Part shown: positions 1 through 7,177 of the stretch, one piece after another
How positions within the stretch are numbered: the first letter of the stretch is position 1
Layout: each line of letters opens with the position of its first letter
Position numbers and translations under genes: made by a program
The notes under the pieces: generated by a model
The model's input: only the letters and a program-made list of their open reading frames with translations
Database searches by the model: none
What the model was told of the DNA's origin: nothing
Source: a candidate division WOR-3 bacterium
GTDB lineage: Bacteria; Hydrothermota; Tepidihabitantia; Tepidihabitantales; Tepidihabitantaceae
Direction of reading: 5' to 3'
Assembly (NCBI GenBank): GCA_965648935.1
Contig: CBFGIY010000047.1
Coordinates: 1 to 19,359, forward strand
DNA: 19,359 nucleotides

Positions 1-189
1 CGTGTCCGGCACCGGGTTGCCGGAGTTGTCGGTCAGCTTGCCCTGGTAGGAGAGCAGTTTCGGTATTGTCACGGCGTCGGTCTGCGCCATTACTGCATCC
101 AGGCCTGTCGTCTGCGTCACGGTGGGCATATCGGTCTGCGCCAGAGCACAGGCGCCGGACAGTGCCATCAGCACTGCGATGATTCTCAC
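1..189 (-). CDS. N-terminus of a secreted protein (partial, runs off the left edge); begins with an 'IPKLLSYQGKLTD..GNPV' module
   Basis: Not in the ORF track. GTG at 189 with AGGAGG (194-199). Reads MRIIAVLMALSGACALAQTDMPTVTQTTGLDAVMAQTDAVTIPKLLSYQGKLTDNSGNPVPDT with no stop. Signal peptide ends A-L-A. The 'P.L(L/I).YQG.LTD..G.P' motif is typical of large secreted fibre-like or autotransporter-like proteins. Confidence 0.8.
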   Translation of the reverse strand, partial: MRIIAVLMALSGACALAQTDMPTVTQTTGLDAVMAQTDAVTIPKLLSYQGKLTDNSGNPVPDT

Positions 190-276
190 GGATCCTCCTT
201 GGATCTGTTACGGTCCGCTCGGCGGGTTGGGGCGGCTTGCCAGTCGTCAGTCCCTGCCGCTGTCAGGCTGACACTA

Positions 277-304
277 ATGATAGCAGCAGCAGTCTGTCAG
301 TCCA
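277..304 (-). promoter_or_regulatory. Putative sigma70 promoter for the left-edge gene
   Basis: Minus strand TGGACT (304-299), 16 nt spacer, TATCAT (282-277) preceded by TGC (extended -10). Embedded in TGACA repeats. Confidence 0.5.
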
Positions 305-393
305 CAATTGCCGCTGTCAAGGGCGCAGCTCTTGCCTGTTCCTTCAAAGCCGACGTATCACCGTGGGGGTTCACCCGCAGACCCGCAAAGCCG

Positions 394-417
394 CGGGGCG
401 CGGTTGCCCGCGCCCCG
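394..417 (-). terminator. Hairpin terminator downstream of the M28 peptidase gene
   Basis: Perfect 10-bp stem CGGGGCGCGG / CCGCGCCCCG with a GCAA loop on the minus strand, about 22 nt after the stop codon. The U-tract is weak (CGGCTTTG). Confidence 0.6.
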
Positions 418-439
418 TTAGTCAGCTTGGCTCGGTCGG

Positions 440-2986
440 TCAGTGCAGAATCAGCGTCTTGGCCGTGACCTGACCCGAGGCGGTCTCGGCGCGGACAAAG
501 TAGACGCCGGGCGCGAGCCGGGATACATCGTTTGCGCCGGATTGAAGTGACAGCACCCGGCGGCCCGAGGCATCGAGCAGGACAGCAGACCGATCACGCA
601 GGATGCCCGATGCCGGAAGCGTCAGGGTGCCCCTGACGATGGTTCTGCCCGGCGCGATGCGTTCCGCGTGGGGCGTGGTGTTTTCGACAACTCCGACCGT
701 CGGCGGGCCGTCGAAGGCGATGGCGCGGCGCGGCGTGAACGGCGCGCAGCCGCGGTGGTAGGCGCCGTCAGCCAGCGCGGTGAGTCCGTACTGCGAGGTC
801 GGGTTCTCAAGCCCGATCGTGCAGGAGGTGTAGTCGTTGCCTGAGTGGTACTGGAACACGATTAGGTTCTCGCCGCTTGTGGTCGCGACGGTCGTATCAT
901 AGACGATGATCTGGGCTTTGATGAACGAGGTGCGCGGGGTGTACTCGGCGACCGAGTCCCACTCGACGATGAAGCGGCGGTTGGCCGCGTCGTGCCAGTA
1001 CCACACGCCGTTGCCGGTCTGCGGGTAGAGGTCTTCCCAGTAGAGCGCGAGTATGCCCGGTGCCGTGTTGTCGGGCAGGCGGACATTGGTGTACGACGAG
1101 TTGGTCGTCGCGCCCGGCGCAACCCAGCCGTTGGAGCAGATTGAGAGGCTGGTGAAGCGCTGGCCGTAGTACTTCCACGCCCCGAATGCGGGCGGCAGAT
1201 TCACCTGCACGGTCTGGTCGTCGGCGAGCGTCAGGCGCGTGCCGACCGGGTTGATCTCCACCCAGTTGTAGTTCGGGCGCTGGACATACCCCGAGTCGCA
1301 CTCGTCAAACGCAAGGAAGTGCGGGTTCGACGGGTAGTTGTCCGGAATCGGGTCCCACACCGTGAGCTGGCCGACCTCGAGCGACAGGTTCGCGGTCCAG
1401 GTCGTCTCGACGGCGGCGATGGTGAGAGTCAGGTCGACGCGGTGCTCACGCGGGGTCGCGGCGTCGGCGGCGAGCGCGAATGCCGCAGAGCCGACCGCGG
1501 TATCGTTGCCTGCGATGTCGCCGTACCAGGCGCTGTCGTTCTGCACGGTAACATACGGGTCGGACTCCGAAAGGGTCACCCGCACCGAGTGGGCCGCGAC
1601 CAGGCCATAGTTCTTGAGCGTGGCGTACAGGCTGATTGCCTCGCCCGGGTCCCAGCGGCCGTTGCCGTTGCCCGCGGCGTCGTCGAGCCTCGTGCGCAGG
1701 ACGCCGACCAGCGGCCGGTTGGTCGGCACGGGCTGGCCGAGCGTGGCCAGGGCCGCGACCGCGGCGCGGGTGACATTGGTGCAGAACTCGTTGCTGTTGT
1801 AGCCCGCGCCGATGGAGTCGTGCGAGGTGTGGTAATGGGGGTTGGTCGGCCAGAAGTCCTCGATGCCGGTGAGCGCGATGTAGCCGTTGTTCCAGAACGG
1901 GCCGTGGTCGGAGTTCTGGTTGTCGCTCATCATCTGCTTCACGCAGGGCAGGGTGGTGTAGGTGTCGGCCACGGCGATGAACCAGTTGGCGAACGGCTCG
2001 CAGGGCGGGTTGGCGGTCTTGGCCATCATGTCGCAGTTCTCGGGCGCGGCGTCAACGTAGCCGATCATATCGAAGTTCAGCACGCCGAGGATGGAGTCGC
2101 CCGCGGCGCGCGCCGCGTTGGCATAGGCTTCAGAACCGTAAAGGCCGAACTCCTCGCCGGTCCACGCGATGAACTTGAGGTCGTGGGTGAACAGCGACCC
2201 CTGGGTGACGCGGCAGGCTTCCATCGCCGCGGCTGTACCCGAGGCGTTGTCGTCGGCGCCGGGCGCGTTGGAAGCGGCGTAGGCGTCGATGTGGCCCGAG
2301 ATGATCGCGTAGAGGTTGCGCCGGCCAAGCGTGCCGTAGCGGACGCCGATGACATTGGGCGCGTGGCCGCTGCGGTGGGGCTGGAGAATGACCGTGTCGC
2401 AGCCCCAGTCGCGGAACTTCTGCGCGACCCAGTTGCAGGCGGCGCGGCAGGAGTCGCCGGTCGAGTAGCGGTTGCGGTAGTTCTGCAACCGGCGCACGAA
2501 CGAGAGCACCGTGTCCGGCGAGACGCGCGCGACCATCGCCTCGATGAGCGGGTTGGCCGTCACCGGCGGTAGCGCATCGGGCGCGGTCTTCAGCACCCAG
2601 CCCTGTTCGGGGATGCGTCCGGCCATTACCGGCAGGGCAATCAGCCGCTCAATAGCTTCGTCGGTGACCTCGAGGATATACTGCTCCCCGTCGAAGTCGA
2701 GAATGCGGCCGACCGCGCCAAGTTCCTCGCGCTGGGCCGCGGCAAACAGCCGGACCCTGTAATAGTGCCGGCCGCGCGTGTCGGACGCGAGCACCTGGCC
2801 GCCGCGCGCCGTGACTTCGGCCGACTGCGCCTCTGAGCCGCGCACGAGCACGCCGCGCTCGGTCACGCCGACAACGCGAAAAGCCGGGCTCAGGTCTTCG
2901 GGAGTCGCGCCGGGCACCAGACCGAGAAACTCGCCGGCAAGAGCAAGACCGGCAACCAGAAGTACACAGGACAGGACTCGCTGCAC
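440..2986 (-). CDS. Secreted M28-family zinc aminopeptidase with accessory domains and a T9SS-like C-terminal domain (about 848 aa)
   Basis: M28 motifs GHID, GADDNASG, GEEFGL, NFDMIG, SDH, YHTSHD. Followed by a DDAAGNGNGRWDPGE module and a CTD 'GVVE...LLDASGRRVLSLQSGANDVSRLAPGVYFVR...KTLIL'. Start moved to GTG 2986 because AAGGAGG lies just upstream and a signal peptide follows (VQRVLSCVLLVAGLALA). Confidence 0.9.
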   Translation of the reverse strand: MQRVLSCVLLVAGLALAGEFLGLVPGATPEDLSPAFRVVGVTERGVLVRGSEAQSAEVTARGGQVLASDTRGRHYYRVRLFAAAQREELGAVGRILDFDGEQYILEVTDEAIERLIALPVMAGRIPEQGWVLKTAPDALPPVTANPLIEAMVARVSPDTVLSFVRRLQNYRNRYSTGDSCRAACNWVAQKFRDWGCDTVILQPHRSGHAPNVIGVRYGTLGRRNLYAIISGHIDAYAASNAPGADDNASGTAAAMEACRVTQGSLFTHDLKFIAWTGEEFGLYGSEAYANAARAAGDSILGVLNFDMIGYVDAAPENCDMMAKTANPPCEPFANWFIAVADTYTTLPCVKQMMSDNQNSDHGPFWNNGYIALTGIEDFWPTNPHYHTSHDSIGAGYNSNEFCTNVTRAAVAALATLGQPVPTNRPLVGVLRTRLDDAAGNGNGRWDPGEAISLYATLKNYGLVAAHSVRVTLSESDPYVTVQNDSAWYGDIAGNDTAVGSAAFALAADAATPREHRVDLTLTIAAVETTWTANLSLEVGQLTVWDPIPDNYPSNPHFLAFDECDSGYVQRPNYNWVEINPVGTRLTLADDQTVQVNLPPAFGAWKYYGQRFTSLSICSNGWVAPGATTNSSYTNVRLPDNTAPGILALYWEDLYPQTGNGVWYWHDAANRRFIVEWDSVAEYTPRTSFIKAQIIVYDTTVATTSGENLIVFQYHSGNDYTSCTIGLENPTSQYGLTALADGAYHRGCAPFTPRRAIAFDGPPTVGVVENTTPHAERIAPGRTIVRGTLTLPASGILRDRSAVLLDASGRRVLSLQSGANDVSRLAPGVYFVRAETASGQVTAKTLILH

Positions 2987-3001
2987 GTTGCCTCCTTGGG
3001 C

Positions 3002-3039
3002 AAAAAAAGAAAGGCGGGCACGCAACGGCGGCCCGCCCC
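3002..3039 (-). terminator. Intrinsic terminator-like element inside the 5' leader of the M28 gene
   Basis: Minus strand GGGGCGGGC-CGC-CGTT-GCG-T-GCCCGCC then TTTCTTTTTTT. It lies between the predicted promoter (3058-3086) and the SD (2991-2997). Confidence 0.65.
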
Positions 3040-3057
3040 GGTTTCAGGTAACCAGTA

Positions 3058-3086
3058 ATGGTAAGGCGCGGCCCGGGCCGGGTCAA
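3058..3086 (-). promoter_or_regulatory. sigma70-type promoter of the M28 peptidase gene
   Basis: TTGACC (3086-3081), 17 nt spacer, TACCAT (3063-3058). Confidence 0.65.
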
Positions 3087-3196
3087 GCCGGGGCGGGCGA
3101 CCGGCGTGCGGCCAACGACAGGACGCTGAAGCTCGGTCTGCGGCAAAGTCCCCTGTCGGCGCCCGTTCGCTTGACAGCACTCTGATGTCTGCGGCG

Positions 3197-3224
3197 TTGA
3201 CAACACGCGCGCCGCCACTACGAT
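3197..3224 (+). promoter_or_regulatory. sigma70 promoter, leaderless geometry
   Basis: TTGACA (3197-3202), 16 nt, TACGAT (3219-3224), 6 nt, then GTG 3231. No SD. Confidence 0.7.
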
Positions 3225-3230
3225 GGGCGT

Positions 3231-3584
3231 GTGATGGGGTACCCGCGTGTCTTTCTCGCGCTGGCCGCAGCCGTCGCGTCAGTCGGCTGCGACTCATTAC
3301 CTGTTCTGGGCGGCCGCGATGTTACCTATCGCGTGACCGGCAGCGCCCAGACCGTGACCCTCAACTTCCGGGTCGACGACTCCATGTGCTACGCCTTCCG
3401 CCAGACGCTGCCCTGGTCTTACGGATTCCCGGCCCGCCGCGGTGACTACGTGAGGCTGTTCGCCTGCATCGAAGGCGATACTGGCAGCGTGACCGTCGCG
3501 ATTCTCATCGACGGCTCGGCCTGGCGCGGGGCGACGACATACGGAGGCCACATTGGCACAAATGCGGAAGGTCTTATCCCCTGA
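3231..3584 (+). CDS. Small lipoprotein with an MmpS-like Ig-fold domain
   Basis: Lipobox VASVG-C. The pattern VTYRVTGS...TLPWS...GSVTVAILIDG resembles MmpS-family domains. Start is GTG 3231 or ATG 3234. Confidence 0.65.
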   Translation: MMGYPRVFLALAAAVASVGCDSLPVLGGRDVTYRVTGSAQTVTLNFRVDDSMCYAFRQTLPWSYGFPARRGDYVRLFACIEGDTGSVTVAILIDGSAWRGATTYGGHIGTNAEGLIP

Positions 3585-4425
3585 ACCGTATGCAGTGCGC
3601 TGGCGGCTTTGGCTGAGCCTGCTGGCGTTACTCGCGGCGTGCGACCAGCCACCTGACTTCCGGGCCTGGCGCGTGCAGCGGTTCGTCGGCTTCGCCCACC
3701 CGGCCGGCGGCATCAGCGAGATCGTACTGAACAACGTCAATGGTAACATCGGCATTACCCCGTGGGAGCTCGATTCGATATCGGTGGCTCTGCTGCTGTC
3801 TGCGACCGGACTGGATTCGGCCGACGCCGAGCGCTGCCTTGCCCACGTGATGGTCGGTGAAAGCACGGCCGCCGGGACTCTGTTTCTGTGGGGAGATGTC
3901 GGTGACCCCGGCCCGCGCGACGCGGGCGTGGAGTTCGCGATCCTCGCACCCGAATCCATTGCGCTCAACTTAAGGGTGGAGTATGGCGACATCTCAATCC
4001 AGGACCTGCGCGGACGGCTGGAGGCAGATGTGACAAGCGGTTTCGTCGGCGTGTCCCGGCACGCCGGTAGTATCATCATCCGCTCCACCCGTGGCGATGT
4101 GCAATGCGATTTGGCGAGGCTGGTTCCCGATGATTCGATCCGGATCGAGACTGGCTATCGGCCATTGGTCCCGACCACCGGCCGCGTGACTCTCGCCCTG
4201 CCCGGCGATGTGTCTGCGCGGTTCGACGCCGAGGTCACGCGCCGCAACACCGAGCACGTCATCATCGACAGCTTCCCCGAGCTCCACCTGAAGATCCGCA
4301 AGGATGCCCACAAGGTCGGCACCATCGGCGCGGGCGAGGCGGACATCTTCATCAGGGCATACGAGCACGGCATCGACATCGAAAACAGCGATAGCCGAGC
4401 CGCCGCGCCCGATGGAGTCCGTTGA
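3553..4425 (+). CDS. Lipoprotein with DUF4097 / putative-adhesin beta-strand repeats
   Basis: Lipobox LLAA-C. Repeats NNVNGNIGI, VEYGDISI, VTSGFVGV, STRGDVQC, TTGRVTLALP. Start uncertain: TTG 3553 (GGAGG 5 nt upstream), ATG 3562 or GTG 3595. Confidence 0.7.
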   Translation: MAQMRKVLSPEPYAVRWRLWLSLLALLAACDQPPDFRAWRVQRFVGFAHPAGGISEIVLNNVNGNIGITPWELDSISVALLLSATGLDSADAERCLAHVMVGESTAAGTLFLWGDVGDPGPRDAGVEFAILAPESIALNLRVEYGDISIQDLRGRLEADVTSGFVGVSRHAGSIIIRSTRGDVQCDLARLVPDDSIRIETGYRPLVPTTGRVTLALPGDVSARFDAEVTRRNTEHVIIDSFPELHLKIRKDAHKVGTIGAGEADIFIRAYEHGIDIENSDSRAAAPDGVR

Positions 4426-4681
4426 GGGCGGCGACAGAGAGCGAGCAGTCGGCAGTCAGGGACAGCAAATCGCGGACCGAGAGCCGAAGGTTGGCGGGAA
4501 AAGGGGTATGGCTAGCGGTCGGGCCGAGACCACGCTTCCGGCGCCTGTCGGCCGGCGGTTCGTCGGCCAGCCTGGTTTCGCCGACTCGGCCCCAGCCCTA
4601 ACTGCTCCTCACGCCTGCGCTTGGCCGCACGCCCCGGCCTTGGCTCGACTCGGCCCTGCCCGGTTGCCTGCGCCCGGCCCA

Positions 4682-4731
4682 GCACTACATATCGACTGGG
4701 TGAGTCGTCCCACCACCACCACATATAGTGA
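4682..4731. promoter_or_regulatory. Two NrdR-box-like sites
   Basis: GCACTACATATCGACT (4682-4697, 11/16) and CCACCACATATAGTGA (4716-4731, 12/16) against the consensus acaCwAtATaTwGtgt. Core positions are conserved and the boxes are 34 bp apart. Confidence 0.45.
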
Positions 4732-4828
4732 CATCCTCCAGCTTTCTGACCGTTACAGAACTCCGGCCAGGTGCCGCGGTCTACTGCCATCTGCTTGACC
4801 GGGCCGCGCCAGCCCGGAAGCTCTTGCG

Positions 4829-5017
4829 ATGACACGGACAGAGTCCGCGACCGACAAATGCGGCTGCGGCCACGAGGAGAAGCTGGCGCTCGGCCGGCGG
4901 GCACTGGTTCTGTCGTGGGTCACCGTGTGCTACAACATCGTCGAGGGCGTCGTTTCGATCGCCGTCGGCGCGGCCGCTGGCAACTGGATGCCGCTCCTGG
5001 TGCCCGCCCGGCCTTGA
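4829..5017 (+). pseudogene. Truncated N-terminal fragment of a cation-efflux (CDF/TMEM163-like) transporter
   Basis: RRALVLSWVTVCYNIVEGVVSIAVGAAAG matches the first helices of this family and follows a CGCGH metal-binding leader. The expected continuation (S.AL.GFG.DS) is absent and the ORF stops at 62 aa. Weak promoter TTGACC (4795-4800), 16 nt, GAAGCT, 6 nt, ATG. Confidence 0.65.
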
Positions 5018-5042
5018 CCGGCGCGGACCAGCAAACTATACT
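5014..5042 (+). promoter_or_regulatory. sigma70 promoter, leaderless geometry
   Basis: TTGACC (5014-5019), 17 nt, TATACT (5037-5042), CGCGCG, then ATG 5049. No SD. Confidence 0.8.
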
Positions 5043-5048
5043 CGCGCG

Positions 5049-7163
5049 ATGAGCGGGATAGTGGTGCTGGTTCTGCTGGCCGGGGTTGACTCAACAACGA
5101 CAATCGAGTGCCGCTGGGCCGCGATACCGCCGGTAGTTGACGGCGTCATCGAGGAAACCTGGCGGATGGCCGATTCGGCATATGACTTCACGCAAGCGCG
5201 GCCCGAAGCAGGCAAGCCGGCAACCGAGCAGACCGTGGCCTATGTCCTGCAGGACGACCGCAACCTGTACGTCGCGTTTCGCTGCCTGGTGCGCGACACT
5301 TCAACCATCGTCGCGCGGCTGTCCGGCTACGTGGACGGGGTGCGGCTCTTTCTTGACACCTATGACGACAACGCCAGCGCGTACTCCTTCGCCGTGAGCG
5401 CGGCCGGGGTCGAGGGTGACATGCGGCTGACCGAAAACGCGATGGTGTTCCAGGAGTGGGACGGTGTGTGGCGATCGGCCGTGCAGAGGCACGACTGGGG
5501 CTATGCCGTGGAAATCGCGATACCGTTCGCGACCCTGCGCTACCGGCCGGGTCAGGATCGCTGGGGCATCGAGTTCGGCCGCGACCTGGCCCGGGCCGGC
5601 GAACGCAGTTACTGGAGCGTGACTCCGCAGACAGGGTTCCGCGTCGCGCAGATGCCTTCGCTGATCGGGGTCAGTCCGCCCAGTCCCGGCCTGCGTCTCG
5701 AGCTTTACCCGGTGGCGCTGGGCCGGACCGAGAAGACCGGCAGCGAGCGCGCCGGGTGGCAGGACGATGTGTCCGCCGCGGCCGGGCTTGACCTGTCGTG
5801 GCAGCCGACCGCGAGCGGCAACCTCCAGCTCACGACCCTGCCCGACTTTGCCCAGATTGAGGCCGACGCCTATGAGGTGAACCTGTCGCGCTACGAGCTG
5901 TGGCTGTCCGAAGCGCGGCCGTTCTTTGTCGAGGCGGCCGAGAACTTCGGCCGGCTGGACATGCTCACGCCGTTCTACACGCGGCGGGTGGGCCGGCCCC
6001 TGCCCGGCGGCGCGGTCGTGCCGATACTGGCCGGGGCCAAGTACACCGACCGGCTGGGCCGGACCTCGCTCGGCGCGCTCGGTGCGCTCACCGGCCGGAC
6101 CGAATACAGCTGGTACGGCGAAGAGCGCGTGGAGCCGGCCAGCATCTTCTCGGTGGCCTCGGTCCGCCAGGGCGTGCTGCGCAGTTCCGAGGCCGGGTTG
6201 CTCTATGCAGGCAAGGACAACGAGCGGCTTTCAAACCACGGCCTGGTCGCGGACTTCGCCCTGCGCACCCAGGTGTTCAACGGCCAGTTGTTCGCGGCCG
6301 GCTCGCAGCAGGGCGAAAGCCTGGCCTGGGCCGCCGGGGCCACCGGAAACTACGACGGCGAGCGCTTCTTTGCATCCGCGAACGCGATGCGGATTGAGCC
6401 GCGGTTCGACCTCAACGGACCCGGGTTCACGACCTGGCGCGGCCAGACCGTAAGCGCGAACGGCGGCCCGCAGTGGTACGCGGCCGGGCCGTTTCGCTAT
6501 GCCTCGGTGAGCCTGGGCGGCGGTATGGAACAGGTCTGGGACCTGGCCGACGGCGCGCGGACCTGGTCGGCGAATGCGAACGGCAACCTGACCCTGAACA
6601 ACCAGACCAGCATGATGGCGTGGGCCGGCGCCGGCACCGACCTGTATCCGGACACGCTGGGCGGCTGGCAACGGGGCGTGTCCACGAGCGCGGGCGGGCA
6701 TGTCTCTACCCCGACGGCAAAACCGATCTGGGGAAGCGTGTTTGCGAACTGGAGCCGGTCGTACAACTGGCGCCGGGGCGAGAAGGCGCCGAGCCTGTCG
6801 GCGCGGGCAAGTGTAACCGTGCAGGCTGTGGAGCGGCTGGCGTTCTCGTTCGGCCTGCGCCCGACCGCGGAGTTTGCGCCGGACGGCAGCCTCGACCCGA
6901 AGCGGGGCCTGACCATGGTCTATCGGCCTGCGGCCGAGTACTCAATCACGCCCAAGATGACGCTGCGGCTGATTCTGGAGGCGGTGCGCGGCTGGGACCC
7001 CCAGCTCGACCGCCCCGAGCGAAGCGAACACCTCTCGGCGCTTTACTCCTGGACCTTCCGGCCGCGTAGCACCGTGTACTTCGCGTGGAACTTCAACACC
7101 GACTCGGACCGCGTTCAGCGGCAGGTCGGGGTGCTGAAGGTCCGCTATCTGTTCGTGTTCTGA
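5049..7163 (+). CDS. CBM9-like (DOMON-type) plus DUF5916-type outer-membrane protein
   Basis: PVVDGVIEETW, LYVAFRC, WDGVWRSA...EIAIPFATLRY and PDFAQIEAD...NLSRYEL..SE.RPFFVE motifs. Amphipathic beta-strands and a C-terminal Phe (KVRYLFVF). Confidence 0.8.
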   Translation: MSGIVVLVLLAGVDSTTTIECRWAAIPPVVDGVIEETWRMADSAYDFTQARPEAGKPATEQTVAYVLQDDRNLYVAFRCLVRDTSTIVARLSGYVDGVRLFLDTYDDNASAYSFAVSAAGVEGDMRLTENAMVFQEWDGVWRSAVQRHDWGYAVEIAIPFATLRYRPGQDRWGIEFGRDLARAGERSYWSVTPQTGFRVAQMPSLIGVSPPSPGLRLELYPVALGRTEKTGSERAGWQDDVSAAAGLDLSWQPTASGNLQLTTLPDFAQIEADAYEVNLSRYELWLSEARPFFVEAAENFGRLDMLTPFYTRRVGRPLPGGAVVPILAGAKYTDRLGRTSLGALGALTGRTEYSWYGEERVEPASIFSVASVRQGVLRSSEAGLLYAGKDNERLSNHGLVADFALRTQVFNGQLFAAGSQQGESLAWAAGATGNYDGERFFASANAMRIEPRFDLNGPGFTTWRGQTVSANGGPQWYAAGPFRYASVSLGGGMEQVWDLADGARTWSANANGNLTLNNQTSMMAWAGAGTDLYPDTLGGWQRGVSTSAGGHVSTPTAKPIWGSVFANWSRSYNWRRGEKAPSLSARASVTVQAVERLAFSFGLRPTAEFAPDGSLDPKRGLTMVYRPAAEYSITPKMTLRLILEAVRGWDPQLDRPERSEHLSALYSWTFRPRSTVYFAWNFNTDSDRVQRQVGVLKVRYLFVF

Positions 7164-7177
7164 AGCGACAGGCCGGG

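Noticed and set aside
199..473. Short plus-strand ORFs 199-468 and 237-473
   Set aside because: They span promoter, operator and terminator DNA, lack an RBS and show no coding-like features.
1319..2572. 417-aa plus-strand ORF, and similar long antisense ORFs (7827-9038, 10095-11693, 14094-15086, 15123-16349, 16984-17664)
   Set aside because: Shadow ORFs opposite well-supported genes. They are expected at this GC content and show no recognisable motifs.
2987..3025. TTG start at 3025 for the M28 gene
   Set aside because: It lies within the leader hairpin. The SD and signal peptide support GTG 2986.
3110..3165. CGACAGG/CCTGTCG hairpin with GGACGC...GGCAAA, superficially like a c-di-GMP-I riboswitch
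   Set aside because: The element order and the GAAA tetraloop/receptor of the GEMM motif are not present.
3171..3176. Second TTGACA upstream of the lipoprotein promoter
   Set aside because: No -10-like hexamer at 16-18 nt spacing.
4582..4675. Short direct repeats (CGACTCGGCCC twice, GCCTGCGC twice)
   Set aside because: Only two short GC-rich copies with irregular spacing. Not a CRISPR or iteron array.
4304..4798. 164-aa plus-strand ORF (or its internal ATG near 4508)
   Set aside because: Pro/Ala-rich low complexity, overlaps the upstream gene, and has no family motif.
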